Shown here piece by piece: positions 27,171-39,572 of a stretch of DNA of 64,000 bases. Numbering within the stretch: position 1 is the first letter of the stretch; the number at the start of each line of letters is the position of its first letter. Origin of the DNA: Owenia fusiformis. Lineage: Eukaryota. The stretch lies in contig CAIIXF020000001.1 of assembly GCA_903813345.2 (NCBI GenBank), forward strand, positions 44,640,001-44,704,000, read 5' to 3'. Under the pieces are notes generated by a model, which saw only the letters and a list, made by a program, of their open reading frames with translations, did no database searches and had not been told where the DNA came from. Both the position numbers and the translations under genes were made by a program.

Positions 27171-27238
27171 AGCCAGTAGTTGCATTCACGAATACAAGCT
27201 TAGTTGTCACAACAGATGTCACATTCCTATAGAAAGTC

Positions 27239-28126
27239 AACTAGATAAAGGCAACTCCGCGGAGTAGCAAATCCCAACGAACAACATATCAATTACCGAA
27301 TTCCAATCAATTATACTCATTACTTTGGTTAAAATTGAAAAATTTAGATTTTAGAATTGCGAATTCCTGCAAAGCAGCCATTTTGAATTTTCTGAGGTAC
27401 AACTCTGAAAAATATAGTCCGGCAGCCAAGGTGTAAATAATTGAGTGACCTTGTTTTGTCTGATTAAGTTTTTTTCTCTGCAGATTATGCATTGTAAGGG
27501 TACCTGTAGTGATATCTGGGTGGATGTCTAATACCATAATTGTGATCTACTCGTAAATTCCTTCAATTTGAGTATAATATAGCCATACTTTGAAGGGATC
27601 GAAAAATTATTGCGAAATCGTACACTAGACAGCCATTTTGAATTTTACGAGGCTCGAATCAGAAAAAAGATACAATATTTGCAATCTACTCTTAATTGCC
27701 TTTCATTTGAGTATAATAAAGCTATATTTCAGAAAGATCTAAAAATTAGCGAAAATTTCTGTTTTCCTGACCCCCCATACACGGCCCCTTGGGGTCAGAA
27801 TGAAAAACACAGAATATATGTGAAATAGATAGATGTTGCGAATATACTACCAAAATTTCAAACAATAACAATAATTACTTTGGTTCAGAATGAAAAATTT
27901 ATGATTTTTGCGAAAAAGTCCCGTCATTTTTAAAGCGGCGGCCATCTTGAAAAAATTTTTTTTTGCGTAAAACTATTCATCAATATACATCTTTCCACCA
28001 AATATGAAGAAAATCCGTCAATTAATATTTGAGTTATCTTCCGGACAGACGGACGGACGGACTGGCTGACTGACAGACTGAGGGCTTCACTATATCCCTA
28101 CCGAACTTCGTTCGTTGGAATAATAA
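27239..28126 (+). mobile_element. HINE-like family B copy with (GACG/GACT)n microsatellite
   Basis: AACTAGATAAAGGCAACTCCGCGGAGTAGCAAATCCCAACGAAC start; GGAC repeats; 3' hairpin CGAACTTCGTTCG. Confidence 0.8.
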
Positions 28127-29545
28127 ATGAATATTTTATATTTCTGTGTAAAGGATTTGTGTACCTGGTATATATACTAATCTACCGGTTTGATTTCTAA
28201 TTACAGGTATGAGAACAATAGTCGATTTTCAAAACTTCATACCTTGGTAATCCAATATGAAAACTTTATAGTTTAGAAATCAAAGTAATGTACAATGGGT
28301 ACCTAATGCTTCAGAACCATAACTGATGGAAAATACCAGTAAGTGATTGGTCCAAATAGAAAATGTTACTAGGCATAATTTGACCAAAAGGAACACATGA
28401 AAAACATAAGCCATTAACATGCAACCGAAGCCAAATGCTGTTACAGACACCAAACACTAACTGCCAAACACTGGCTAAAAAAAGTTGGAGACGATTATAA
28501 TATGTCACCACTTCTGATGATGAGATAACAACAGAAAAATATTAGAACTATATTTGAATGTTAGGTTAAACCAATGGCTTATCCTTGTCTCGCAACAATC
28601 AGCAGAGAGAGTGAGATTAATGAACTCTTGATAAACCGGATCATCCTAATCCATAAGGGATTCCACCCCATGAATATTATTTCAAAAAATCAATTTGTAA
28701 ATGCTAACACATAATTAAAGGTAACTTTGGGTCTGATGCTAATAGCATATATGTTCTTGTGTTAGTAAATCTCTATTGATGTCCAGAATCCCCAAACAGC
28801 TTGTCTGCCACCTAGTATGCACACTCCCCTCTGACTTTCAAAAATGATTTTACATTTTTGATGCTCATAAATCTCAACTATCTCAATGTAGGATTCTGGG
28901 CCTTTTATGGAAATGTTTAAAATGAATGCCACATGGTTAATGGCAAAAGGATTAGTGAATGACTTTCTAGAGCCCAGAAAATGTCTAGATTTGAGAGTGC
29001 TCATAACGTCAAACTTTTGGGAAGGGTGGTCCCTTGGTTGACCTCAAGGTTGTAACAAATGGTGTCTAGTAAGGGGATATTGATTATTTTAAGAGGAAAC
29101 ATTAGAATGGTTGACCACTGGGATGGATTCTGTCAAAGGGGAATACTGTACAAAAAGATTATACAGAAGTCAGAAATTGATTTAATCTCCTAAGTAAGGT
29201 TTGAAGAGTTCAGATTTTTTATACTGAAACTAGAAGCGATCATTTAATTTAATTTGAGTGTTATGTAATACTATTCAGTAAAGATGTTCAACCCAGTATA
29301 GTTTAGTATCTGAATAACCCATTTGGCAGAGATGCATTGTATTTGCAAGGTTAGATATCTGCTAAATGATAAACTGACTTTTTGTCTTCACTAAAAATCC
29401 CACTTTTGCCTATTAAAAACATATCGCCATATCATCTACATGCTTATATCAATATATTATGTAATGTGCATTCCTTACTACGAAGATTTTGGAAAATTCA
29501 TTCATCCACAATTTGTTTATTTCTAGCATGTTTCTTTGAAAAATA

Positions 29546-30183
29546 AACAAGGCATTAACATGACAAAATGTCACCACTTAGTTGCTCACAATATTATAAG
29601 TTCAAACTTAAGTCAGATTTGAATTTCTGAGAACTCGGTAGATGATTTTGAAAAAAGGTCAATTTGAAACAAGATTTTTTGACCATAAGAAGGTCATTGA
29701 AGGTGAAATCTCAAATCTAAAGTCAGATTTGAACTTCTGAGAACTTGAATATGATTTTTATAAAAAATTGGTCAATTTGAAGCAAGTTGAAAAAAGACCT
29801 TTTTGACCTTGAGAAGGTAAAATCTTTTTTGACCTTGAAAATGTCATTGAAGGTCAAATCTATATTCAGATATGAACTTTTGAGAACTGGATTTGAAAAT
29901 AAATTGGTCAATTTGAAGCAAGTTGAAAAAATAAATTTTTAACCTTTTTTGACATTGAAAAGGTCATCGAAGGTCAAATCTTAATTCTTGAATCGGATTT
30001 GAACTTCTGAAAACTTGAAGATGATTTTGAAAAAAAATTAATTCAGTCTAAACAGTATTTATCAAGTTATTGGAAGTTGTAAGAAATTGTTACAGACACC
30101 GATCGCCAACCGCCATCTGCCAATCGCTGTCACAAAAAATGGAGACCATAACAATATGTCACCACTTTTTGATGGTGACATAA
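29546..30183 (+). mobile_element. HINE-like family A copy with internal tandem repeats
   Basis: AACAAGGCATTAACATGACAAAATGTCACCAC start; repeated TCAGATTTGAACTTCTGAGAACT units; 3' ATGTCACCACTTTTTGATGGTGACAT. Confidence 0.78.
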
Positions 30184-30636
30184 CTAGAAAAACAGCAACT
30201 CTATGGAGAAGAAAATCCCACCGAATAAAACATGTTTTGATTATAAGTGGCCATCTTCAAAGTTCATTCTTGAGCAGAGCTTGTTTGTCCCAACACATCA
30301 ACATATAAAATGTAAACCATATCCATCAATTAGCATTTGAGTTTCCAAAGATTACATTCCGTTTTTACGAAAAATGGCTGCCATTCTGATATTTAGCAGC
30401 CATTTTGAAAATCTCTTCTTCAGCGTAGCTCCTTTGTCCATTTTGATTGAGTAGCCATATTTAAAATTCCTTCTTGAGCAGAGGCCCTACACCCATAAGC
30501 CTATAATATTTTAATGAAATCTGTAAAACGGTATTTGAGTTATCATCCGGACACACGAATGGACAGATGGACTGAAGCAGGGATGGACTGATAGCTTTCT
30601 ATATCCCCCTCTAACCATGTTCGGTGGGATGACAAG
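30182..30636 (+). mobile_element. HINE-like family B copy abutting the family A copy
   Basis: AACTAGAAAAACAGCAACTC...AAATCCCACCGAA start; 3' GTTCGGTGGGAT. Confidence 0.72.
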
Positions 30637-32109
30637 ATATAATCTACAGTTTACGAAACTCGCCTGAGGATTTATTATGAACTGTTTCTTAAGATCTTTG
30701 ACTTTTCTTTCCTGGGATTAAATGTTTGTGAATGTCTCAACATGAGATATCTTTCTATCAGATGAATATGTTCAATTTACTTTTGATAAATTACAACCTT
30801 TCAGAGAAAATACAGACCAATCGGTCACAAGCAAGATATCTTCTATCTTGGGATTTCTCGGATTATGCAATCTCCAAAAGATATGAATCATTCTGACTTC
30901 CTAGGTTTAACTTAAATCCTTTATTTAATAATGTCTGAATAATGTTATCTGACAGATGTGGATGTTAAAAGTTATCTAAATCAGCCACTGATCAGGCTGT
31001 TGTGCTCTTGAAGGAAAAGCTGTAGTATAAGGCGGTGAAAATGTCTACCAAACCGAAAAAAATATAAACAATCAAAGGATCTTCACAGATGCCATTTCAC
31101 TTTTTAATTCTCACAATGCATGTGCAACTTTTCTGAGAAATTATGATAGAACTTGTGAGGCATATTAGAATTTGTAAAGCAAATTTGGCATTTTTATTTC
31201 AAAAATCAAAATGTAATGTCATTTAAAGGTGGCACACAATGTACGAGTATGTTCTAATGTTTAAACCTGAATTTTGAATATTAAATTATGTTTTATTTTT
31301 ATATATAAAATTATGAATATTAACAAAACAAAATGGACTTTTACCCCCATCCCTCTAAATTATGTTTGTAGGCATAAACAAATATCAGCCCAAGTATCCA
31401 AATAAAGTAATACATAAAATAAAACCAGTTTCTTCTGACTGGTATAATTTGTCTCAGTGACACTTAGAGATACTTTAACTGCTAGGGAAATGCAAGGTAT
31501 ATGGTACAATTAAGCACTTATAATATTGATGATTATAAATAGAATATCTGATAAAGTTAAGTAAATGATTGATACGGTAGGTCAATTTGACCTGACAACT
31601 CTGAATATCTGTATACACAATACCTGCTCAAATGCAAACAACAATTAAAGCATGTTGTGTTTTCATGATTAACCAGTAATTACTATGCTAGAGCTTAGCT
31701 CCATTTCAACTCTTTCAATTAGAGAGAGTACTTTATTTGATTTAGTAAATAGCTCGAGTAATTCCTGGTAGATTATGGGAAATAAATTTCATTTCAAATA
31801 CTTGTATTTTTGAGCAAAGCTGCTGATACCCTGAAGTTTGGGGATGGGCAGTGATTACTAGCCTCTTAATAAGGCAAATGAATACAGTTTTGGTAATGAT
31901 AAGATCTTAATGAATCAAGCTGTCAAGGCCTTGAACATGAAATATAGGCATCAAATTATTTATTTTTTGGATTTTGATGAACTAGTTCTTCGATTGCTAA
32001 GGATAGATCAAAAGGTTATATCTATTATTAAGAGTACAGATGCATATGTCACTCGCTTACAAAGAAGGGAATCTAACTATTGAAAGGGCTATGTCACACA
32101 GTAGTATAC

Positions 32110-32930
32110 AATGGGTTTTACTGCAAAATGAATTTTACTGTACAATGAATTTTACCACATAATGAATTTCACTGCAAAATGAATTTTACTTCATTGTATT
32201 ACATACCTAGCGAAGCATTTGTATGGAAGTCAATGGGAAAGTTAGCGAGCTATATCCACCGATATTGCCCGATTACCCCGATATAGCCCGCTTACCTCGT
32301 TTTGATATTAGATTTCTTTAATAACCATGATAATATCATGACGTCACATCATTGATACAAAGTAACCATGGGAACAAAGGCATGTAATACATCAGTTATG
32401 TCACTATGACGTGAAATATGCCTTCGTTCTTGCCCAAATATAGAGCCTCCCAAGGTCGGCCTATATTGGGAGAACTCAGGCATATTTCACGTCATAGTGA
32501 CATAACCTCTAAATATAATACTAATGAATTTTACTGAACAATGAATTTTACCACATAATGAATTTCATAGCAAAATGAATTTTACTACATTATATAATAC
32601 TAATGAATTTTACTGCATGGTAAATTTTACTGCACAATGAATTTTACTGCATAATGAATTTTACTGAACAATGAATTTACTGCACAATGAATTTTACTGC
32701 ATAATGAATTTTACTGCACAAATAACTTTCCATACACAATGAATTTTATAGCATAATGAATTTAACTGCACAATGACTTTTACTGCACAATGAATTTTAC
32801 TGCACAAATGATTTTCACTGCACAATGAATTTTACTGCACAAATGACTTTCACTGCACAATGAATTTTACAGCAAAATGAATTTACTGCACAAGTGTATT
32901 TTACTGCACAATGACTTTCACTGCACATTT
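32110..32930. repeat. 17-18 bp minisatellite (AATGAATTTTACTGCAC) interrupted by an insertion
   Basis: More than 20 copies visible; ~315-bp unrelated insert at ~32199-32513. Confidence 0.92.
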
Positions 32931-35802
32931 AGCTTTTGGGTCTGTGATATAAACAACTGAGACCATTCTCTGAAATAGATAAAAATACATTGAAAAATAA
33001 TATACACCTATATACAGGTTTTCTATATGAGAACCTTTCTTGAAAAACATATGTTCTGACTATCAGAATACCGGAAAATAGGAAACATGTGAATTAGCTT
33101 CATAATTGCAAGCCAAGCTATCTCAATGATTCCCTTCCTGGTAAAAAGTCTTTTAAAAAATCCATAATTTATAAAGTTGGAATGACCTAAAGTTCAGGGT
33201 TGGATTGAAGAACAATATAAATGATAATTTTTATGACTCTGATTTTTATTAACTTTACGCATGAACAAACTTAACTGGCAGAGAAGATCGGTCTATTGCA
33301 CATAAATAAACCCAGAGGGCAAGTTAACAGAGGAAAACAAGGGCTTGTTATTACTAATACTCACACATGGAGGGGGAGAAAGTCCATGCAGTGTTCAAAT
33401 GTATGCATTAGCTATTTCCTAAATTTATCTCCTGTTTTAACTAAAATGGATATTTAACACCATCCTATTGATCTTAGCAATTGCCTGGGGAATGGGATGC
33501 TTGCTACAGGCTTTTTGCATAATTAATATATCACAGTGTCCTTGAAATGAGAATCACTTCACATAATCCTTTTTTGCTATGGAATTCTGAACAGTACTTT
33601 GCACATATGGCGTTCATGACCAACTATGAACCGCTTACCCCCGATAGTGTTATATATCAAAATGTACCTGTTCATATAGGAGTTGGATTGATCTATATTA
33701 AATTATAGGGAGTCGGGTTACTTTTTAAGATATCAGCGTCTATTTATTGTAACTCGTATTTGCTACCATTTGCTCAATTCTGAGATGACGGCCACACGCG
33801 CAGTAAACATGCTCACGTTGGAACTATTTTAACCTACATCAGTATTTTCATAATTAGAATGAAAGTTGAACTCCTCTTTATTTTGATACCAAATAATGGC
33901 ATACCAGTTACCCTAAAAGTCAACTAATGGCGTTATTTAGAACAAAATCACAGTTTTTTAAATGGACTATATATATACGGGCCATACCTTATGGCGGATG
34001 GATATGGAACCGCACACCTTAATCATCTATCTAACAAACTACCTTTTTATTACTGAATTATTCATCAATTATTTACTATAATATCTCTTTAGCCACTGAT
34101 GATCAATAAAAGACACACAAAGCATATATACAGTATACCATTTATGATATATTTAATTTTTCAACTTTATATGTGACCTTGAATGTGTGAAAATGAAAAA
34201 TTATTATCATATCTGATAGCTTTCAGTTTCATTTTATCTTTTGGTTGTTGCATATATTTAGTTTTATCTATAATTTCTATGAAATGTACAATCAAATTCA
34301 ATTATAAACTTGCTTTGTCTAAATCGCTAACTATCTCATAATTTGACGTTTACAACAATTTATAAAGCAAAATTATGTCTATTAGATGGCTCAAGACAAT
34401 TCTGTAGATAATAGATCACATTTAATGGTCTATCTATTCTATAAATCACATAACAATCTCAGTAGCATTCTACAAATATACATTTGTCTTGTAAAATCGA
34501 CAAACATTAACAAAACATAACTTTTACCCCCTTCCCTCTATATTATATTTGTAGGCATACACCCGGGGCATACACAAATGTCAACCTAAGTGTCCAAATA
34601 TGGGAGATAAATGACCACTTCTCAATGTTAATTAATTACATAATATTATCCAGTCATAAATTGAATTTGTATTTTGATTAATTAGTTTAACATTCTGGTT
34701 GAAGTGAAGTTCTTTTGACATTTCGAGAGCAACATTTTCCAGAACCCATGAAATAATTCCAACCCATATGTCAGTTTGTATACAGACAGACTGGAAATTA
34801 AACCAGCTATATATTATCTTCTGTAATTACAAATTGCAAATAATTGTCAATTTCTGATAATTGCCTTTTCCAGGCAACATCTGCTTAAATGAAAACCAAA
34901 AGCATCATCCCTCTAATCCCATCAATTCCACATCATTTCTCTGCAGAACGAACGAACTGTTTGATTGTCTGACATTCTATGAGTCTTGCATAACATCTAT
35001 GAAACATTCCCATTTACTTTGTTTCTAGATTTGTGGAGGCGAGATATGTAGGGGGAGGGGAGGGGGGGGGGGTTGTCAAGGGGGGGATGAGGGGGTCATA
35101 GGGGCTTGTAGTATTGAAATATATGTGTCTAAATTTCATGTCTGTTTATTTTGTTCCATCTTTTTTCTACTTAATGTTGATTAAATAATATTCCACCTAA
35201 TGGTCTCCATGACCTTTTATTGGATGATATATCAGAGTAATTTTATCTATGGTATAATTTTCTTTAATTTACCTAATGTTGGAAAGTGATTGAATACAAT
35301 TTTTCTCTTGAATAATATGCTAGTTTAATTTGGTAAAACTTATTCTGGCCAATGTAAATACAGTACAGAATTCTATAATAAAATATTTTCATCTTGACAA
35401 AATGGTGAATTTTCATCTGGGCAAAATCATCACATACACAGTGTGATATACATCTTATTACTTAGACATAATTGTCCCCTTCTATGCTCCCAAATTGCTT
35501 TCTGCTATTAGAAGCTTTTAGATAAGATGGCTAGATGAGTAAGCAAATTCTATCAGCCCTTTGTATCGCAAAATTGGAGACTTAAGTTCTATTACGTTTT
35601 CCCTTTGAACTTCTACAGGAAGGCACCCTTTTTCGAGTTTGAGTTTTGCATCTTTTAAATAGATCTTCACCAGTAATTACAACAAGCCTATGGACATCAG
35701 TAAAATGCCTAACATATGCTCTTGGTTAAAATGTTTTATGATATGTTACCAAAAGAGTATATAAGATATTTAATTACGGAATCTCTTTAAAAATTGATAT
35801 TA

Positions 35803-35976
35803 CAGTAAAACCTGTCTTAGTGAACACCTCTCTCTAGTCAACACCTGTCTCTAGTGAACACCCTTCCTCTGCACATACTCTACTGACTTCTGTATAAATC
35901 ACCTTCTCTGTAGTGAACACCTACCAACGCTGACTGTTTTTAGGCAAAAAATATTCAATATATACAGATTTTACTG
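35803..35976. mobile_element. Tc1/mariner(pogo)-like MITE remnant
   Basis: TA|CAGTAAAACCTGT ... ACAGATTTTACTG|TA; internal TAGTGAACACC subrepeats; ~59-bp duplication of the right end to ~36065. Confidence 0.65.
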
Positions 35977-37564
35977 TACAATAAATTAGGGTTGTTTTAC
36001 AGTATAAAAATATTCAATATATACAGATTTTACTGTACAATAAATTAGGGTTGTTTTACAGTATAAAGGAGATTGCCAGCTTCATTTGAGCTTTCTGACA
36101 TTTTCTGTTAAGTACAAATCACTCCAAACCTTATAATTGTTTTTATAAATGTGGTAGGCCTATTTGACATTTCTTTTATAGATTTTCCCTATACTGCAAA
36201 AGGTATAGCCGTATAGAAATATTGGGGCATAACCTTCCTTTTTACGAATTTGCTCTCAGTTTTGTGTTAACACATGTGAACTAAAAAATATATGGTTAAA
36301 GGCTGCATTTTATTTATTTTCATACAGTCTGAATATATTATGAATAGATTACTGGTTTGAATTATGAAAAATGACTTAGGAACTTTTTTAGTAAGCAAGA
36401 GTAAAAACTCTGGCCATAAAAAATGTACGCCATTTTTGCATTTAGAAATTTAAAAATTCAAAAATTGGATGTAAAATGGTTGGCTTCAAAAATGTTACAG
36501 ATAATGAATGAAAATGCCGAACCTATGCTACTGGTCATAAAAAGAAGGCCATAATGATATGCCACACTTTTTGATGGCAGCCTATTTCGTCAACAGCCTC
36601 ATAACTTCCAGTATAAGTAATCAATTTGAACTTTTTAGCATTTAAAAGCTAGATGTGAAATATGTGTTTATCATCATGGCATGTCCTTATAATTTGTACA
36701 TCCTTCAAACAGGCTTTCTTTTCAGTAATTCAGGCATGTTTTTCAAACCAAATTATTTTTTTCAATAGATATTCGAGCTCGAAACATGATGGTATTAAAG
36801 CAACAGATAAGTTCATACATATTTACTTTGTATTTTAAAATGAAAGGTCACTTTTTACACATGCTGAAAGCAAAAGGTGCAGGATGTTGAATCTCGAAAC
36901 ATTCATAGAAATATATTGCCCACATCATGCAAATACTGAACATATCTGAAAATGTCAAAATGACTTCCTGTGTTGAACCTGTGATTAATTTTCAAACAGT
37001 ATCAATCAACATGTATCATTCAAGGAAAAAGTAATTCTAAATTCTAAATATATTGAGAAATCATATATTTTATCTGTGAGGATGTTATCTCATATCGCGT
37101 AAACAGGAAGTTTAAACAGCTAACTGAGAGGCTTCTCCTGATGGAGATGATATAATTGCATTGATAATATGCATGTACATGTATCTTATATGATGGATTC
37201 TTTATATTTTGCCAGCACCTCATAAAATCAAACAGATACATGTTACTAAAATTACACATTCTTAGTTTCATTTTGAATGAATAAGTCACACAGTAGAGAT
37301 AGTATATGGCCTTACATGTACTCAAAAATTGCGGCAATTGCTTGAACTATGTTATATACAGGAGAGCACGTAAGATTCTTAACCTAGACTAAGCATTGCT
37401 GCCTTATTTCAGCAAATATATCCAACGCGACTGGCTGATTTATCAAAGAGTGCAAAAATGATATGCCTGGACTAAATAATTAATATCTCAATAACTACTG
37501 AATGAATCTTGAATACTCCTCCAGAATCTGCCGCTTCGCCCCTGGGAAGATTCAACGTCTGGTA

Positions 37565-39257
37565 TTATTAGACTCCAGATTGAAAATCTGGAGTCTATTG
37601 CTTTTGCCAGTTTTCTTTATTATTCTTCCTCTTCCTCCTTACAAGATTTCTCATCAACTAGAAGAGCTTACTTTAAGCTGCTTACATGATCAACTAGGGA
37701 ATGTATCTGGGATGATGGGAAATTAGGTCAAATTTTTATCTAGGTCAAAGGTCAAGAACTAGGTCAAATCTTGCATTTTCAACATTCTATCAATTATCTT
37801 CGTCAATATTTATGGTAACAACTTTGTCTTGTTTTCATCATGTAGCTTAGAAACAGCTCTATCATAAGTGTGCCAACAGATTTTTGATTGCTCGTACCGA
37901 TTTTGAGATATGGCGTCCGGAAAGTAGGTCAGAACAAAAAGTTCTCCATATTCAACAAGTGAGTTATGGAATAAGTGCAAAATTTTCTCAGGAATCCAAA
38001 TCTGCAAACAAAATTTTGATCCGACTTCCGGTTCGGAAGTTATGGCGTTTTGAAAGCTAAAAAAACGCTAAATTTGGTGCCCATGTTAAGTCAATGGGAA
38101 AAAATATTTTTTTGAAGTGAAAATTACTAAATATAGACTGAGTTCAGCTAAATATAATGAATGCTTTCTATAGAAGGGGACCTCAAAAGCCATCTAGCTT
38201 CAAAATTTGGACAACAAAATGCCAAGGTCAAAATCTAGGTCAAATTCATAGTTTTTCCTTATTTTTAAGATTCTGACACTACACTTTAATAATTTGCTTC
38301 AAAATTTTGTATACAGGTAGCCAAGAGTGTGCTTATAGTGTTAGCCTTTTGCCGTCAGAAAGTATTTCTACCCACTTTTGAGATATGGTGTCCAAAAAGT
38401 AGGTCAAAATGAAAAGTTCTAAAAATTTAATATATGAGCTATGAATTAAGGGTAGAATTTTCTCAGGAATCCAAATCTGCAAACCAAATTTCGATCCGAC
38501 TTCCCGGTTGGAAGTTATGGGATTTTGAAAGCTCAAAAATTGCTAAATTTGGTGCCCCATGTTATGTCAATAGGGAAAAAGATTTTTTTGAAGTGTAAAA
38601 TACCAGAAATAGACTGAGTACAGCTCAACATAATGAAAGCCTATAAAAGAAGGGGACCTCAAAGGCGACCTAGCTTCAAAATGTGGACACCAAAATGCCA
38701 AGGTCAAAATCTAGGTCAAATTCATAGTTTTTCCTTATTTTTGCGATTCTGACATTACACTTTAATAATTTGCTTCAAAATTTTATATACAGGTAGCAAA
38801 GAGTGTGCTAATAGTGTAAGCCTTTTGCTGTCAGAAAGTATTTTGACCCACTTTTAAGATATGGTGTCAGAAAAGTAGGTCAATATAAAAAGTTCTCCAA
38901 ATTTAACTTAAGAGTTATGAATTAAGGGTAGAATTTTCTCAGGAATCCAAATCTGCAGATCAACTTTCAATCCGACTCCCGGTTTAGATTCTACACCATT
39001 TTAAAATTCAAATTTGCCAATATCCACAATGCAGATCCATCAAATATACCTTCAAAAATTCCTACTTACCTACCTACCTACATACCTACTTGGCTACCTA
39101 CTTAGCTTCCTACTTCTCAGCTACCTACTCAGCTACTTACTCAATTACTTAATCATCTACGTACTCAGCTTCCTACTCAGTTACTTACTCAGCTCTTTAC
39201 TCAAGAAAATCAATCTGGAGTCTTAAATTGAACTTTGTTCAATTTACCAATCTAGTT
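37565..39257 (-). mobile_element. HINE-like element (family C) with ~475-480-bp core repeats and (TAGG/TAGC)n microsatellite
   Basis: Minus-strand 5' AACTAG, palindrome AAATTGAAC-AAA-GTTCAATTT, subTIR GACTCCAGATTG; 3' hairpin AGACTCCAGATT..AATCTGGAGTCT at ~37570-37596; ATTTTCTCAGGAATCCAAATCTGCA at ~37982, 38457, 38934. Confidence 0.82.
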
Positions 39258-39572
39258 ATTATTATTATTATATCTTGGTTACCGCCATATTTGGCGAGCA
39301 ATACCTCATTGGTATATTCCGTATTTTACGTATTTTACACTCGAAGATAGAGCCAGAAACCCCTCCTTGGAGGAGCCCTGTGTTATTTTATGTGCACAGG
39401 TACACAGACATACAGGTACACACCACAGCCTTTTATACGAGTCGTGAACCACTCAGTCAAACACCCAGAATTACATAACGCACAAACAAACTTGTCTGAA
39501 CCGGGAATCGAACCCGGGGCCAAGCAATATTGGTAACCTTGACTCTCTCTGCCACTGAGCCATAGCGGGTGG
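39258..39572 (-). mobile_element. tRNA-derived SINE
   Basis: Minus strand: A box TGGCTCAGTGG, B box GGTTCGATTCCC, central AAGGCTGTGGTGTGTAC...GTGCACATAAAA segment resembling my recollection of the Meta-SINE core, (TAA)n tail. Confidence 0.78.

Noticed and set aside
30660..31100. Tyrosine-recombinase (DIRS/Crypton) remnant suggested by an NTDQ-like motif
   Set aside because: Multiple stops and too little similarity to support by eye; needs a TBLASTN/HMM search
39497..39572. Functional tRNA gene on the minus strand
   Set aside because: Continues into a SINE body and (TAA)n tail; cloverleaf not intact
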